DNA of 64,000 nt, taken from Lama guanicoe. Lineage: Eukaryota. Under the pieces are notes generated by a model that was given only the letters and a program-made list of their open reading frames with translations, did no database searches and was not told where the DNA came from. Shown here one piece after another: positions 23,081 through 35,655 of the stretch (position 1 is its first letter; the number at the start of each line of letters is the position of its first letter). A program made the position numbers and the translations under genes. The stretch covers positions 3,741,957 through 3,805,956 of the forward strand of contig MU053881.1 in assembly GCA_013239625.1 (NCBI GenBank), given 5' to 3'.

Positions 23081-23970
23081 ATGATTGCATCCTCCCGGGG
23101 GAGGAAGTGGAGAGTCACAGACCGGAAATGATGGTCTCAGAGCCGTTTGATTATACCAGGAATGTGTTATGGTGCCTGGCACATAGCAGGTGCTCATTAA
23201 AAGTTGCTGCATTGAATTGAGTAACACTTTTCATGAATCCCAGGAGTCATGTGGCGACACTGACAAATTCTGTCCCGACAAATCTAATATAATAGGATGT
23301 TTTTTTCTCTTTTGGCATTAAAGCAGAAAACCAAACTTCCTCTCTCTCCAGCTTGAGAGTAACATAGGAGGCTGGGGTAGGTGGGATGAAAGGGGAGGGA
23401 AGAGAATCTAGCCTCACAATTTCTTCCAGGTATTTTCACGCCAGGAGTCGTGTCTCCAGCAAGGACTCCCGCGCACTCCCAGTGGAGAGCTGCCCGCTCC
23501 TTTCTGGGGGACAGCAGCAGCAGCAACAGCTCAAACAATTTCTCAAAAATGATTTCTTTACTTGCTCCAAGTCGCGCTCAGAACTTTGCCCAGATTAAAT
23601 TCATCTTTGATCCAGATTTAATGAACGCACAAATGCAAGCATATGCCATTGGGATTTGAGACATACTCAGGAAAATGTGTCAGCAAAGCGATTTGCTAAG
23701 ACTAATGACTGGCTTTTGGCAAAAGAGTTGAAAGCCAATATGGGAATGAGCTTGAAGGATCAGGCTTTCCACACTGCATTCAGATATCAGCCCCTCTCCA
23801 AGGCCAGACCGAAGGTGTGGGTGGTGAGGGCTGGACAGAGATCTGCACAGGGCACAGGGCGCCGTGCAGACACACGGGAGGGGCTGAGAGTTACCTGGGG
23901 ATTGAAGGAAACATCAGAGGGGGCTGGACAAACAAGGTGGATCTCAAGGAGGCTTAGGAATCCTGGCCAA

Positions 23971-24458
23971 ATCTGGAGATCGTCATTCTAAGTGAAGTAA
24001 GCCAGAAAGAGAAAGAAAAAAACCATATGATATCACTCATATGTGGAATCTTAAAAAAAAAAAAAAAAAAAGAAAAAAAGAAAAAAAAAAAAGAAAAAAG
24101 AAAGAAAGAAAGAAAGAAAAAAGAGGACACTAATGAACTCATCTACAAAACAGAAACAGACTTGCAGACACAGTAAACAGTCTTATGGTTACCAGGGAAA
24201 AGGGGGTGGGAAGGGATAAATCTGGGAGTTTGAGGTTTGCAAGTATTAACCACTATGTATAAAAATAGATTAAAAAAATCAAATTTCTTCTGTAGAGCAC
24301 AGGGAACTATATTCAATATCTTGTAATAACCTTTAATGAAAAAGAATATGAAAACAAATATATGTATGTATATGCATGACTGGGACATTACGCTGTACAC
24401 CAGAAACGGACACATTGTAACTGACTGTACTTCAATTAAAAAAAAAAGAAAAAGAAAG
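23971..24458 (+). mobile_element. young 5'-truncated L1 (ORF2 tail, 3'UTR, poly(A))
   Basis: 'ggagatcgtcattctaagtgaagtaagccagaaagagaaag...cattgtaactgactgtacttcaattaaaaaa'; internal A-rich expansion ~24053-24123. Confidence 0.95.
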
Positions 24459-26899
24459 TGCTAGACAGATGGTCTCAGGACAGTAGCTGCCTGGGGGTCA
24501 GGGGTAAGAGGGATACTTTCTCATCTCCCCATACACCCTTTTGCATCTTAAATTTTGGATGCTGTGCATGCATACGACTTCATAAATGCACATTACACAT
24601 ACATAAAATATGCCATTTGCATATAGCTGCGTGTGATAATGGATTGCATTTGGAGACACACATTTGTGAAAATCTAAGAAATAAGCTGGAAGGCTGATTT
24701 TTGCTTCTGGGAATGAAGGGAGAGATTGAAATGGGTGGCGGCTAGTTAAGGGGAATTTAGGTCTATCTGTAAGGATTTTTTTTTCTTGTAAGAAAAAGAC
24801 TGGAAGCAAACACAAAAGCTCATGGGGTCTGGGATGTTTTTCCTGTGATTCTGTCTAGTTTTATCATGTTTTTAAATACTTGTTCCAAAACAGAGCAGGG
24901 ACTACCTGAGCACAGAGAGGAGGAAGTGTGACATTCAGGTTCTGATGGTGGGAGAGGAGGGGTTGGGGAACTATGTGACCCAGGCTGGTCATGGGGTGGG
25001 CGGTGGGAGGCGATTCTCGTAGCTTCAGTGCCCAAAGACTCCCACCCCATCAAGCCTTATCCTTCTTCTGGGTTTGAGTAGACAGACTCTCTTAGGAAGG
25101 AGCCTGACCCTTAGCACAGGGAGGTGGTCCTTCTGGGGAGGGAGGATTGGCGGGAAGAGAGATCGGAGGCTGAGAGGAGAAATGGATGGCAGGGCGGGTT
25201 GGGCCTGAGATGCGGAGCTAAGAGCTGTGGCAGCTGCAGGAGTGGAAATGAGGGGTCCCCTCTGAATTTTCCAAAGGCCTCCATTCACTCAGTGGCCTTG
25301 AAGGGAGGGAGGAAAGGAGGCAGGTTAGCAGGGATCTGAGAGATCAGTGGGGATGCAATCACTGTGAGCAAAAAAGCCAGCAAATACCTTTCGAGTAAGA
25401 AGTACTCCCATCACTCAGATGGGGGAGGCAGCTTCGACAGGCCCTGGGCCTCTGCACCCAAACCAGATCCAAAGCCGGTGAGAGGAGACTATGGTGGATG
25501 GGAGTCGTAGATCCTGCCCACTCCAGATTTTCCTTTGCAATTCCTTCTCAGCAAGGAGTCTTTGTCTCCGGCCCGGGGATGGCATTCCAGGCTGGAGTCA
25601 GTGGAACACTTCACACCCACTGGGTCAAGTCCATTTATTTTGATTATTCTCATACTCTTGTCAAAAATGGTGCCAAGGTGTATAAACAGACCAGTTTCTG
25701 GGATTGTTTCAATCTAATCACATTAAATTATTTGCTCTCTTGGCCTTGAGGGGGTTCCAAGGGAAAGCGATTGAAGTCAGGTCCAAAAATAGCTACCTTT
25801 GATTTCCAATCCTGGTGCTAATGCGGGTGAACTTTTTGAGCTGCTGGTGTTGACGTCAGGGATCCAGGGATGTTCTGAGTCCGGGCCTGGGAGCGAGGGG
25901 TGGGGAAGGTGAGGTGGGCACTGCCTCTGCTTCTTTTTCTCCTAAAGCCCCAAGATGAGAAGATACATTTTAAAAAAGGCTTTTAGCAGTGATGGCCTCA
26001 AGTACCACTGCCCTCCCCCCCGCAAAGAAAGCATAAATCAACGTCAGGACTCTGTATTGACTGGGAAGGAGGGGACTATGACCAAGTCTAAAAGGGGAGA
26101 GCGAGCCCGGACAGGAGTAATAAGGCCTCAGATTCGACGTGCTTTGACCACAGACCCCAAAAGCAAATAAACCTCAGTAGATGGGATGAATGGGAAAAAT
26201 CACAGCATGGCGGCAAGCCAGGACTTCGGAGTAAGGCAGATGTGGGTTTGAATCCTGGCAGCTTCCTATCTATGTGACCTCCAGTACGTTTTGGAACCTC
26301 CCCAAGGCTTAGTTCTCTTCCCTGGAAAACGCAGGTCACAGGGGATCACGCAGCGTTGTGGTCCTTTAAGGATGTCGGCAGAGGGTCTAGGTACCGCTTG
26401 CAGAAGGCAGGCGTTTACGTGAATGCGCTCCATCCCTGGCCGTTACCACACGGCTGCCTTGTACCACTTTGGGTCCTGGGGCGTTTTTTTGGTGTTCTGC
26501 ACATTGTAGCTGCCCATTAAATGTTTACAGATCGATTAGAGGGCAATTCGCAATTCATCCTGCGCTTATATAGTTTGGGTCTTTGGGGGAGTCTCAATCA
26601 GGGCAAGACAGTCCTTCCAACATTGGTTCTAAGTGGGATTTGTGAGGGCTGCACTGAGTTAAGTGCCTTGGAGCAGATACTGTATTAGTCAGGGGGGTCT
26701 GATGGAAACTTCGCTGTGCTTGTGCGCGTAGCCTGAGCTTCCTGCTGTGGTCGGCAGTGCTCAGCCTATCTTGGCATCATTCCTTAGCTCTGGGAGAAGA
26801 AAGAGCCTTCGTCATATTCCTGCCTGGTAGCCCCCAGGTTCCAGAGAGGCTGGAAAGGAAAGTGATGGCACCCAGAACTCTGGGACTCCAAACCAAACA

Positions 26900-27430
26900 C
26901 CCGCTCAGTCCTGATCTCTCTCTTGACTTATCCAGCTGTCTCCTGGGCATCCCAGCTGGCGAGCCCACCATCACCTCTCTCCAGCATCCCACATCTTAAT
27001 AATTGATACCACCATCTATCTGGCCACCTGGAACAGAGTCATACATGGAACTGACACATGCTTATGGGGTGCCTCCTTCTAGGTGATGGGGAGTCAGCAG
27101 AGAACGAAGGCAGAACAAGAACTTACCCTCATGGGACTCATATTCTAGGAGAAATATGACTTCTTCTATTATTGTCTCCTCAGTATGCTTCATAGCAGCT
27201 CTCATCTGTCCATTTCTAATGCTGTTGTCAGAGTTCTGCTTTCATTTTCCAGATTATCGTCAATACTTTCTAGCTGGTTTCTGGGCTCTTCTTGAATTCC
27301 CCTTTCCGATCTATCCTCCACACTACACTAAAATGATCTTCCTAGTATTCAAATCTGATCATGTCGCTGACCAGTTTAAATCAACCCATGGCTGCCTATT
27401 TACCAATGGAATCAAGTCTAAATTAGTACA
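26900..27430 (+). mobile_element. L2 LINE fragments
   Basis: 'tatccagctgtctcctgggcatccc', 'tgatcttcctagtattcaaatctgatcatgtc'. Confidence 0.55.
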
Positions 27431-27444
27431 TCTAAACAATGACT

Positions 27445-27790
27445 AGAGAGGTTTCAAACAGGTGACCTACAGCCCTGCGCCTTCCAACAGATAGGTTTTG
27501 TTTGATGTGCATGGTGTTGGCCTACGAGGTACGTAAGACAGGAATAAATGACTGCTATTTACACACTGGGCGATGTCACCCTGAAGCTCAAGTTTCCAGC
27601 TTCTCTTGATAAATTCTAAGATCTGGCAGTGCTGGGCCAGCATCCCTGCATGGTGCCAACTCTTTGGAGCTGATTAGCCTCATCCACTGACACTGAGTTG
27701 GATGTAGATGCTTTTTATCCCCCAATACCTGGTCCCCTTTATTCATTTGTTCTGGATCCTTGAGGCACTGGAGTCTGGGACCCGAACCTA
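27445..27790 (+). mobile_element. MER102-like hAT element
   Basis: 'tttccagcttctcttgataaattctaagatctggcagtgctgggccagcatccctgcatgg...ggagctga'. Confidence 0.7.
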
Positions 27791-27863
27791 ACCTAATTTC
27801 AGCATACGTTTTCAGCACGATCTCACTCAGTTCTTGGTCTGTGTCCTGGTCTTTGTGAACCAC

Positions 27864-28285
27864 TGTGGTCCCTCAAAGATGTCAGGATCCTAATTCCCCA
27901 AATCTGTGAACATGTTATCTTCCACGGCTAAAGAGACTTTGTTGGTGTGATTAAGAGGCTCCCGAGATGAGGAAACGATCCTGGGTTATAGGGCTGGCCT
28001 CAGGGTTATCACAGGGTCTTTATAAAGGAACAAGGGAGGCAGGAGTGACTGAGTCAGAATAAGAGATGTGGTGACAGAGATCAGAGTGATATGAGATCAC
28101 ACGCCAAGGAATGCGGGCAACCTCTGGAAGCTAGAAAAAGCAAGGAGATATTGTCCTCTAGGACCCCGAGTAATGCAGTCCTGCTCACCCATTTTGGACT
28201 TCTAACCTCCAGAACTGTAAGATTTGTATGGTTTTAAGACACTAAGTTTGTGATAATTTGTTCCAGCATCATAAAAACCAATATA
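27864..28285 (+). mobile_element. MLT1 (C/D-like) 5' LTR
   Basis: 'caaagatgtcaggatcctaattcccc...ggacttctaacctccagaactgtaag...aaaccaatata'. Confidence 0.88.
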
Positions 28286-29722
28286 GATTTCAGTACAGCA
28301 GGTAGGACGCTTTGACAGATACATGAAGATATAGAAGTGGCTTTGGGGTTGGGCAGTGGTAAAGGTTGGAAGAATTTTTAGAGCATGGTAGGAAAGCTTC
28401 AATAGCCCTGAAAAGACTGTGAGTAGAACTATGGACATTAATAAGGACTCAGAAGGAAGTGAGGAGTACGGCAGAGAAGAACTACATTGATTGAGACAAT
28501 TGGTAGGAACGTGGATGTTAACGGCACTTCTGGTGAAGGCTCAGGAAGGAATGAGACACATGTTATTGGAAACTGGAGCGAAGGGGATCCTTGTCATGTA
28601 GTGGCAGAAGGCTCAGCTCAGTTGCATTCTACATTTCTGTGCAATGCAGGAGCTGTAAGTGATGAGCATGGATATTTAGCCAAGGAGATTTCCTTGCAAG
28701 GTGTTGAAGGTGTGTCTTGGTTTCTTCTTTCTGCTGGCAGTGAAATATGAGAAGACACAGACAGACTGAGGGAAGAACTGCTAAGCAAAAGAGGAACAAG
28801 GGCTTGATAATTTGGGAAATTCTTGGCTTATCCAGATGCTAAAAGATGCTGTCAAAAGATGCTAAAATTAGATTCGCTCTCAGGAAAATGTGCTCTGAAG
28901 AGAAAGTGAAGGATGTGTCCAGCCTTTTGTTAGTGCCTCAGACATATCAGAAAAGCAGAGTAGACAGTCCCACAGAGGGGTCCTCAAAAAGATGAAGTGT
29001 GTGACTCATGGATCCCCTTAACCATCACAGCAGAAGCCATGAATAAAGATAGAATTATCCACGAGGGATCTTTGGAGGGGTCTCTTGTCCAATGGAGTGA
29101 CATTGGACACTCATGACATACACAGGAGACTCACAAGTTTCTTGAGAATTTTATATCAGTGGAAACACTACTAGCTTGAATTGGCAGTCCAAAAATAAAA
29201 TTAAAGAAGGCTGTCAGACTCCCCAGATTTTACAGGCAGGGAAGAGTCTAATAGCACTACTCAGCGGTACATACTTGCTGCCCTTTAAGAAAAGAGAAGA
29301 ATCATTCCAAGAGCAGACTAGAAGCTCAGAGGGCAGAGCCATGAACCACGTGGGATTACTTCCAGACATTGAAACCTAACGGATTTCTAGTTGGATTTAA
29401 GAATTTCTTGAGACCAGTGACTCCTTTAGCTCTTCCATTTTCTCCCATTTTGAACAGTAATGTCAATAACTAGTATATGATACCTGTCTCACTATTGCAT
29501 TTTGGAAACAGACAGGTCCAAGATGGAGAAGAATTTTGCCCCAGGATAGATCATGATCTTATGAATGATTGATATAGATGGTAACATTTGAGACTTTTGG
29601 AATACAATTTTAGATGAGAGTTTGAACTTTGAATTGATTCTATAATGAGTTGAGCCATTTGGGGGCGTTGGGATGGGCTGAATGAATGCATATGGGTTGG
29701 AGGTGAATCTTTGGTGGCCAGT
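28286..29722 (+). mobile_element. MLT1 internal region (MaLR-int); no 3' LTR seen
   Basis: Begins directly after LTR with 'gatttcagtac'; 'gaagtggctttggggttgggcagtggtaaaggttggaagaatttt', 'catgttattggaaactggag'; ends 'gaatctttggtggccag'. Confidence 0.82.
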
Positions 29723-30172
29723 ACAGTGACAAAGTTTCAGGTACTACTAACGGTACTGTAGATTGTTGCATAAGTTCATCATTGAAGACAATGCTAAATT
29801 TAAGTTAGAGGTTGTGAAAATAATGATATGATTTTTTTTTCTCCAATTGACTTCATTTTAAGAATCTCTGACTAGGAGGAGGGATCTTTGGGAAGCATCA
29901 GATTTTTTCCTCATGTCACGAAATAGTTGCTGCAACTCCAGCCATCACATTTTTATACATCAGCCTCCTAAGCTGAAGAGAAGGAAAGAAGGAAGGAGGG
30001 AAATAGGTTGTAAAGAACTTTTTTTTGTGAGTTGCTTTTTACTTGTTGTCAGAGATGAAATTGTTCTGGGAAGTATCCAGCAGACTTTCCATTTTTGTCT
30101 CATTGGTCACATGGTTACCCTGGTATGTGACTACTTGTAAACAGGAGTTAAGTTACCATGATTGGCTTAGAC

Positions 30173-30915
30173 CAGGGGTCCACAAACCTTTTCTCTAAAG
30201 GGCCAGATAGTAAATATTTTAGGCTTTGTGAGCGTCTGCGTTGCAACTACTCACTGTTGTAGTAGCAAGAAGGCAGCCATAGATAATACATGTGGCTAGG
30301 GCTGTCGGACCCAGCAAACAAGTACATGATGCTCAATAAAATGTATGCTTCATGTAAACAACAAGTGCTTTTTTTTTTTAATGTAAGTATGTCCCATGCA
30401 ATATTGGGAATTTATATTAAAAAAAGTATTGTTCATCTAAAGTTGAAATGAAACTGAACATCGTGTATCTTAACTGACAACCACACAGGTGGCTCTCAGT
30501 GATCAGCTCATGTTGATTTGCTAGAAGGTTTCCTGTTTTTAGCAGAGTCCAGAGTTTAGGGAACCCTTTCATTCCTGGGAAAACCAATCCTATCAACAAA
30601 TCTTTGGAGATTTTTTTCTTAAAACACCTTTATTGTGGTATGATTCCTGCACAGTAAGCTACACCTATTTCAGATGTACAATTTGATGAATTTTGATAGA
30701 TGTAGACACCACTGCATTGCATTTTGGGAGCAAATCACTTGATGGAAAAGAATTGCAATTTGAATTTCATGTAAACTTCATGTCTATTGTTTACTTCACA
30801 GTTCTTCTTCTTTCGAATTTTTTTTCAGCCATTTCAAAATCTAAAAAGCATTTTTAGCCCACAGGCTGTACAAAAACAGGCAGCAGGCTGAATTTGCAGT
30901 AATTTGCTGACCCTG
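30173..30915. mobile_element. MER58(B)-like hAT MITE, interrupted
   Basis: Termini caggggtc...gaccctg; 'aagggccagatagtaaatattttaggctttgtg'; 8-bp TSD gcttagac/gcttagat. Confidence 0.85.
30297..30485. mobile_element. MER53 palindromic hAT MITE nested in MER58
   Basis: 'tagggctgtc...taagtatgtcccatgcaatattggga...ctgacaaccaca'; 8-bp TSD catgtggc/caggtggc. Confidence 0.8.
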
Positions 30916-33769
30916 GCTTAGATCATTCATGATTCATCCCCTGGGAACGGACATACGGCTCCTCAAACAAAATGAGGTTTCTGTTAACAAGGAGGACAGA
31001 GAACAGCCGTTAGGAGGTAACTAAGGGTGTCTGCCAAATTTGGACATCTCCTTTTCTGAAGACCTGTGTCTTTAATTCTCTGAGACTGCCACTGGCGAAG
31101 AATTACTCAGCCTTCCTCTCTGCTTCCTTCCAAGCTTGTGTGTTTCTCTTAGAGGCTTTTCAGACAAGCTAAGGGTCTCCTAGACCAGAAGAAAAAAAAA
31201 ATCTGCCCCTCTTCTGGGTAAACTGAGACCTGGAGCAAATCTGTTCCTCCTTCTGAGCTGTCGCTCTCTGAGCTCCCACAACTCAACCTGACTGAGAGAC
31301 ACAAGGAGACGTCTCTGATCTTTAAAGGTGTTGAGTTTGCATGACTCAGTGTGTACACATTTACAGAGATGATGTCATTGAATCGCAGGAGAATCCTGTA
31401 GCAGCATAGCAGTCTCCATTTTCTGGAGGAGGACACTGAAACTCAAGCAGAATTCCCCTTAGGTCCCTGCCTCCTGTCTGCCCCGCTTCGTTTCTCAACT
31501 CTGCTTTGGGGGACCAAGAGGGAAGGAAGTCATTCACCCCAAAATAGTGTAGATCCTACTGTCCTCACTTGTAAACTCCAAAACGAACAGAACTCCAGAT
31601 GGTGCCTGTTTATCTGTGGTTCTAACCCAATTAGGACAAATTATCATTTCTTTGGTTTGGTGTGTCTCCTGGGCATCCTTAAGTAGTCAACAAAAACCAC
31701 ACGGAATTGTATTGTTTCAGCTTTTCCATCAGCAACTTTTATGATCAGACTTAGAAATGGGTTGTTAAAAAAAAAAAAAACTGGCTTCAGACCCCAACTT
31801 GGCAATAGCGGACAATTTAGTTCTTTCCTGTCCAAAATTTAGAAGAATTCCCCCCTGGGCAGTCTAAAGAGGGAAAAAGAATGGGTGAGATGGAAGTCTC
31901 TTGGCCTTTGGAAGGTCTTTCTCTTCTAAACAAGTGTGCGGTCATTCCACTGGTGCTGAGAGGAGACAAATACATGAACAGAAGGAAGAAAATGAAACCG
32001 TTCTCACCAACTTATCTTTCTGGCTTTTTGAGTTTTAAGATGAATGATCCCGCATCTACAGAGTCAAAATCCTGAGAAGAAAGTTCTTGTGCGTCAAGTG
32101 AATAAAGAGAAGGTGGGTTATTGAACCCAGTGGTCACGTTGAACAAAGTGGAGCATTTATTGTCCTTTTTGGAGCAGCTGATCCCTGCTAACTGCAGATG
32201 GACTTTGAGCCAATGCCATCACACTGAGACCTTGTGGCTTGTCCCCTGCTTGCCCACAGCGGGCTGCCTAAATCTCTCCTGCTCCTTCATTTCCAAAGAT
32301 ATTGTTGACTTATTTTTCTCCTCATTGGGTCATGATGAGGGGAGCACTCTGGATAACCACGAGGGTCAACATCCACGCCTCCTAGGGTTTCTGAGCATTC
32401 AGAGGTTACAGGGTTGTTTCCTGCTGACCCATCACTCCTTCCCGGAATGCACTTTGAGAGAAACAAAAGAAGGGTCCTGCGAGGTGTCAAGTTGAGACTT
32501 GTTCTTTGCCCAAAGAGAACCTTTTCCACCGACAATTACCACATCATCATAAACACTCAGGAGAGACATGATGTAAAAATGAAATTACTGAAAACATTTT
32601 TGGACTAATACTTGGCTTTCTATAAACTCACAGACAATCCTATAAGGCACTCAAGCAGATTATGGGTTTGAGCAAAGCTGGAAAATTGCTGCTATTATAT
32701 TGTTATTATTAACACCTTGTAATTAGCCCTAAGGAATCCCAAAGTTCTCTTTCTTGATTTGGCTTTAATGAAGGAAAATTGCTACCTTTGCAAGTTGGAT
32801 GGCGCCCGTTCTGATTAACCTTAAGTATATAGGACTATTATTTTGAAAATGTTTGCTGTCATGTGAATATTAGCATCACATACTACTGGGAAGGGGCCGG
32901 GGGCGGGGAAGGGGGAGAGGAAACTGTCTTCTCTTCTCCTTTTTTGCCCCCCTCCCCCACCCAAGGAAGGTGAATCATGGGCTGGCTTTCAGCTGTGGTC
33001 TTTGCTTGGAAGATCAAGAATGAAAGCCTGTGAAGGCCATGACCGCAATCCCTTGGTCTTTGCCAAGCTCCATTGGCAAGCCTGTTGGCTGCCAGCTTCT
33101 CAACCTGCTGATTGCAGAGGCTGGTGGGTAATTGTCCAGGGTGGTTTTACCATTACCTTTCGAGTGACCCCATGGGGATGAGGTCATCCGGGAGTTAGCA
33201 CCTAGTGCAATAAAGCAGGTTTTATTTGCACGTCCCAGAACTCTCCAGAGGCCTCTTCCGCAGCCTTCACAGGCACCGTGTCTCCCATGAAACGCCGCCA
33301 ACATTAATGAAAGATCTTTCTGTATATCCCTCAACTCCCCTCCCACAGGGGAGTACTTTATTTTCATTACCTTCTCTGGGAAAACCATACATTAAAGAGA
33401 ACTCGTTTGATCTTATCTATAATTAATTTGTATTTTGATAATATAGAGGAGGAATTTTTACATGTGACGACTTACCTGTTCATTATTTTTCTCTTTTGAA
33501 CTCCTGTGACCGCTTTATAACTCAAGCTGGAAGCCTGGCTGATTCTGACATTCTTCCCCGCCCACCTTTCAGGAAGGGGAAGGTGTTGCCTCTCACACGG
33601 AGACAAATTGCTTTAAATAATGACTTTGTGCGAAATTAGTCATACATAATTGAAAAATTCTATAGATGAATACTAAAGGAACTTGAGATGATCAGTTTAC
33701 ATAGCTCACAGCTTGTCTTCCTGCTGGAAGCTGCTCTAACTACCCCAAGAGCTTGGCAATTGGTGAGGC

Positions 33770-34283
33770 TTTTTTTTTTTTAATCTTTTTTTTTCTTTTC
33801 CATTATGGTTTATTACAAGATATTGAATACAGATCCCTGTGTTAGACAGTAGGACCTCGTTGTTTATTTTATATACAGTCATATACGTCTGTTAATCCCC
33901 AACTCCTAATTTATCCCTCCCCCTCCTTTTCCCCTTTGTAACCACAGATTTGTTTTTCTATGTCTGTGAGTCTGTTTCTGTTCTATAAATAGATTCATTT
34001 GTCTCATTTTTTTAGATTCCACATAAAAGTGATATCATATAATATTTGTCTTTCTCTGTCTGACTTCACTCAGTATGACAATGTCTAGGTCCATCCATGT
34101 TGCTGCAAATGGCATTATTTCATTCTTTTTTATGGCTGAGTAATATTCTATACACATACATACCGCCACTTTTTTATTGTCATCTGTCAATGGACATTTA
34201 AGTCGCTTCCATGTCTTACAATTGTAAATAGTGTTGCAATCAAAATTGGGGTGCATGTATCTTTTCGAATTAGAGTTTTCTCT
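33770..34283 (-). mobile_element. L1 fragment (ORF2 C-terminus plus partial 3'UTR)
   Basis: ORF 34035-34256 contains 'EYYSAIKKNEIMPFAATWMDLDIVILSEV'. Confidence 0.95.
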
Positions 34284-34295
34284 GATGGTAAGATG

Positions 34296-34326
<31 letters not shown>

Positions 34327-34739
34327 CTGCCCCAATTTCCCCATGCAAAGGTGAAAAAGCTTATTTACAGGCAGGGGTGGTGCAATGCTATTCATCCAGA
34401 AGCATCTCAACAGCAATAGTAGTGATAGCAATAGTAGTTGCAGTTAAGGGGCTGACATCCCCCCAGTGTGAGAAGAAGGAATAATGTCTTGGAGCTAGAC
34501 ATTTTTTTATGCCCATCCCTCTTGAAGCTCACTAATAAACAATGACAATCATCTCACTTGTGTCTAGGAGCCAAAGTCTAGCCGCCTCCTCGCCCGCCTG
34601 ACATCTCGTCTACCTCCCCAGGAGGGCTTCTCGACGTGAAACACACTGTGATAACTGTCACCTCTTTGTGAAACAGAAATGGCTCCCCTGTGTTCAAAAC
34701 ACCAGCCTGAGACCGCCGTCCAGCACCATGCGGACAGAC

Positions 34740-35105
34740 CTGGAGCTGAATCCCACCTTTGCCTCTGACTAGGTGGGTCACTCTGGGCAAATCATTTAAA
34801 CCGCCAGCTCACAGGTTTTGTAAACCTGAAAGGGGATGTGAAAAGGATTAAATGTTGACTAATGCAAGCTGGTGCCTGGCACATAGTAGGTGCATCACAC
34901 ACGTCCTTTCCTTCCCGTTCCAGAGAGCCAGAGTTAGGGCAAAGCTTTGTTCTTGCCACACCCTCCTGCAGGTCTGCAGAGAAGCATTTAATCTCCTCGT
35001 CTCAGTTTCTCTCCTGTGTAATGGGATAATAAGACATGACAGCTGCCCGTCTCTCGGGGAAACGGGAGGATTAATGAGTTAATGTTTACAAAGGGCTTTG
35101 AGAGC
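34740..35105 (+). mobile_element. two MIR fragments
   Basis: 'ctctgggcaaatcatttaa...tgcctggcacatagtagg' and 'tctcagtttctctcctgtgtaatgggataataa...ggattaatgag'. Confidence 0.75.
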
Positions 35106-35655
35106 TCCCTCTGAAAGTCTCTTCAGATGTACCTTATTGGCATATTAAGACTTCTATCATCTGTGGGAAAAACATCCAAATAGGAAAATGTAATCGTAAC
35201 TCAAAGGAGCTAATGAGGATGTTATGAGTGTAAATTCACCACCTCAATTGCTTGTTTATGGAGTTGTTTCAGAGGAGCAAGCGCACACCTGTCCCATCCT
35301 GTGTGTGCGGCCGTGGGTTGGACCTCGTTCAGACGCCCTGGTGTGCTCCGGGGGAGCGGGGGGAGAGCTGTGTCTGGAGCTTGGGAGAAAAAGAAAACAG
35401 AGGTGGCCCACCAAGGGGGCACTCGCTGAGGGAAGGGATTACACCCTCTGCGTCTTCTGAGTGTCGTCTCAGGTAGACTAGCTTAATCTTTCATCATTAA
35501 ATGATGAGAAAAGTTACGCATTGAGTGTCTTAGTCAGGGACTCGCCTCTTCCAGACTGGCATTCGGAGGGAGAAACCATTGCTCAGTGTGAAATCAGACA
35601 GCTACTCGGAAGTGGCAGAAGTTTGGCCTGAGTGAACTTCAACACCCCCTTGCCC

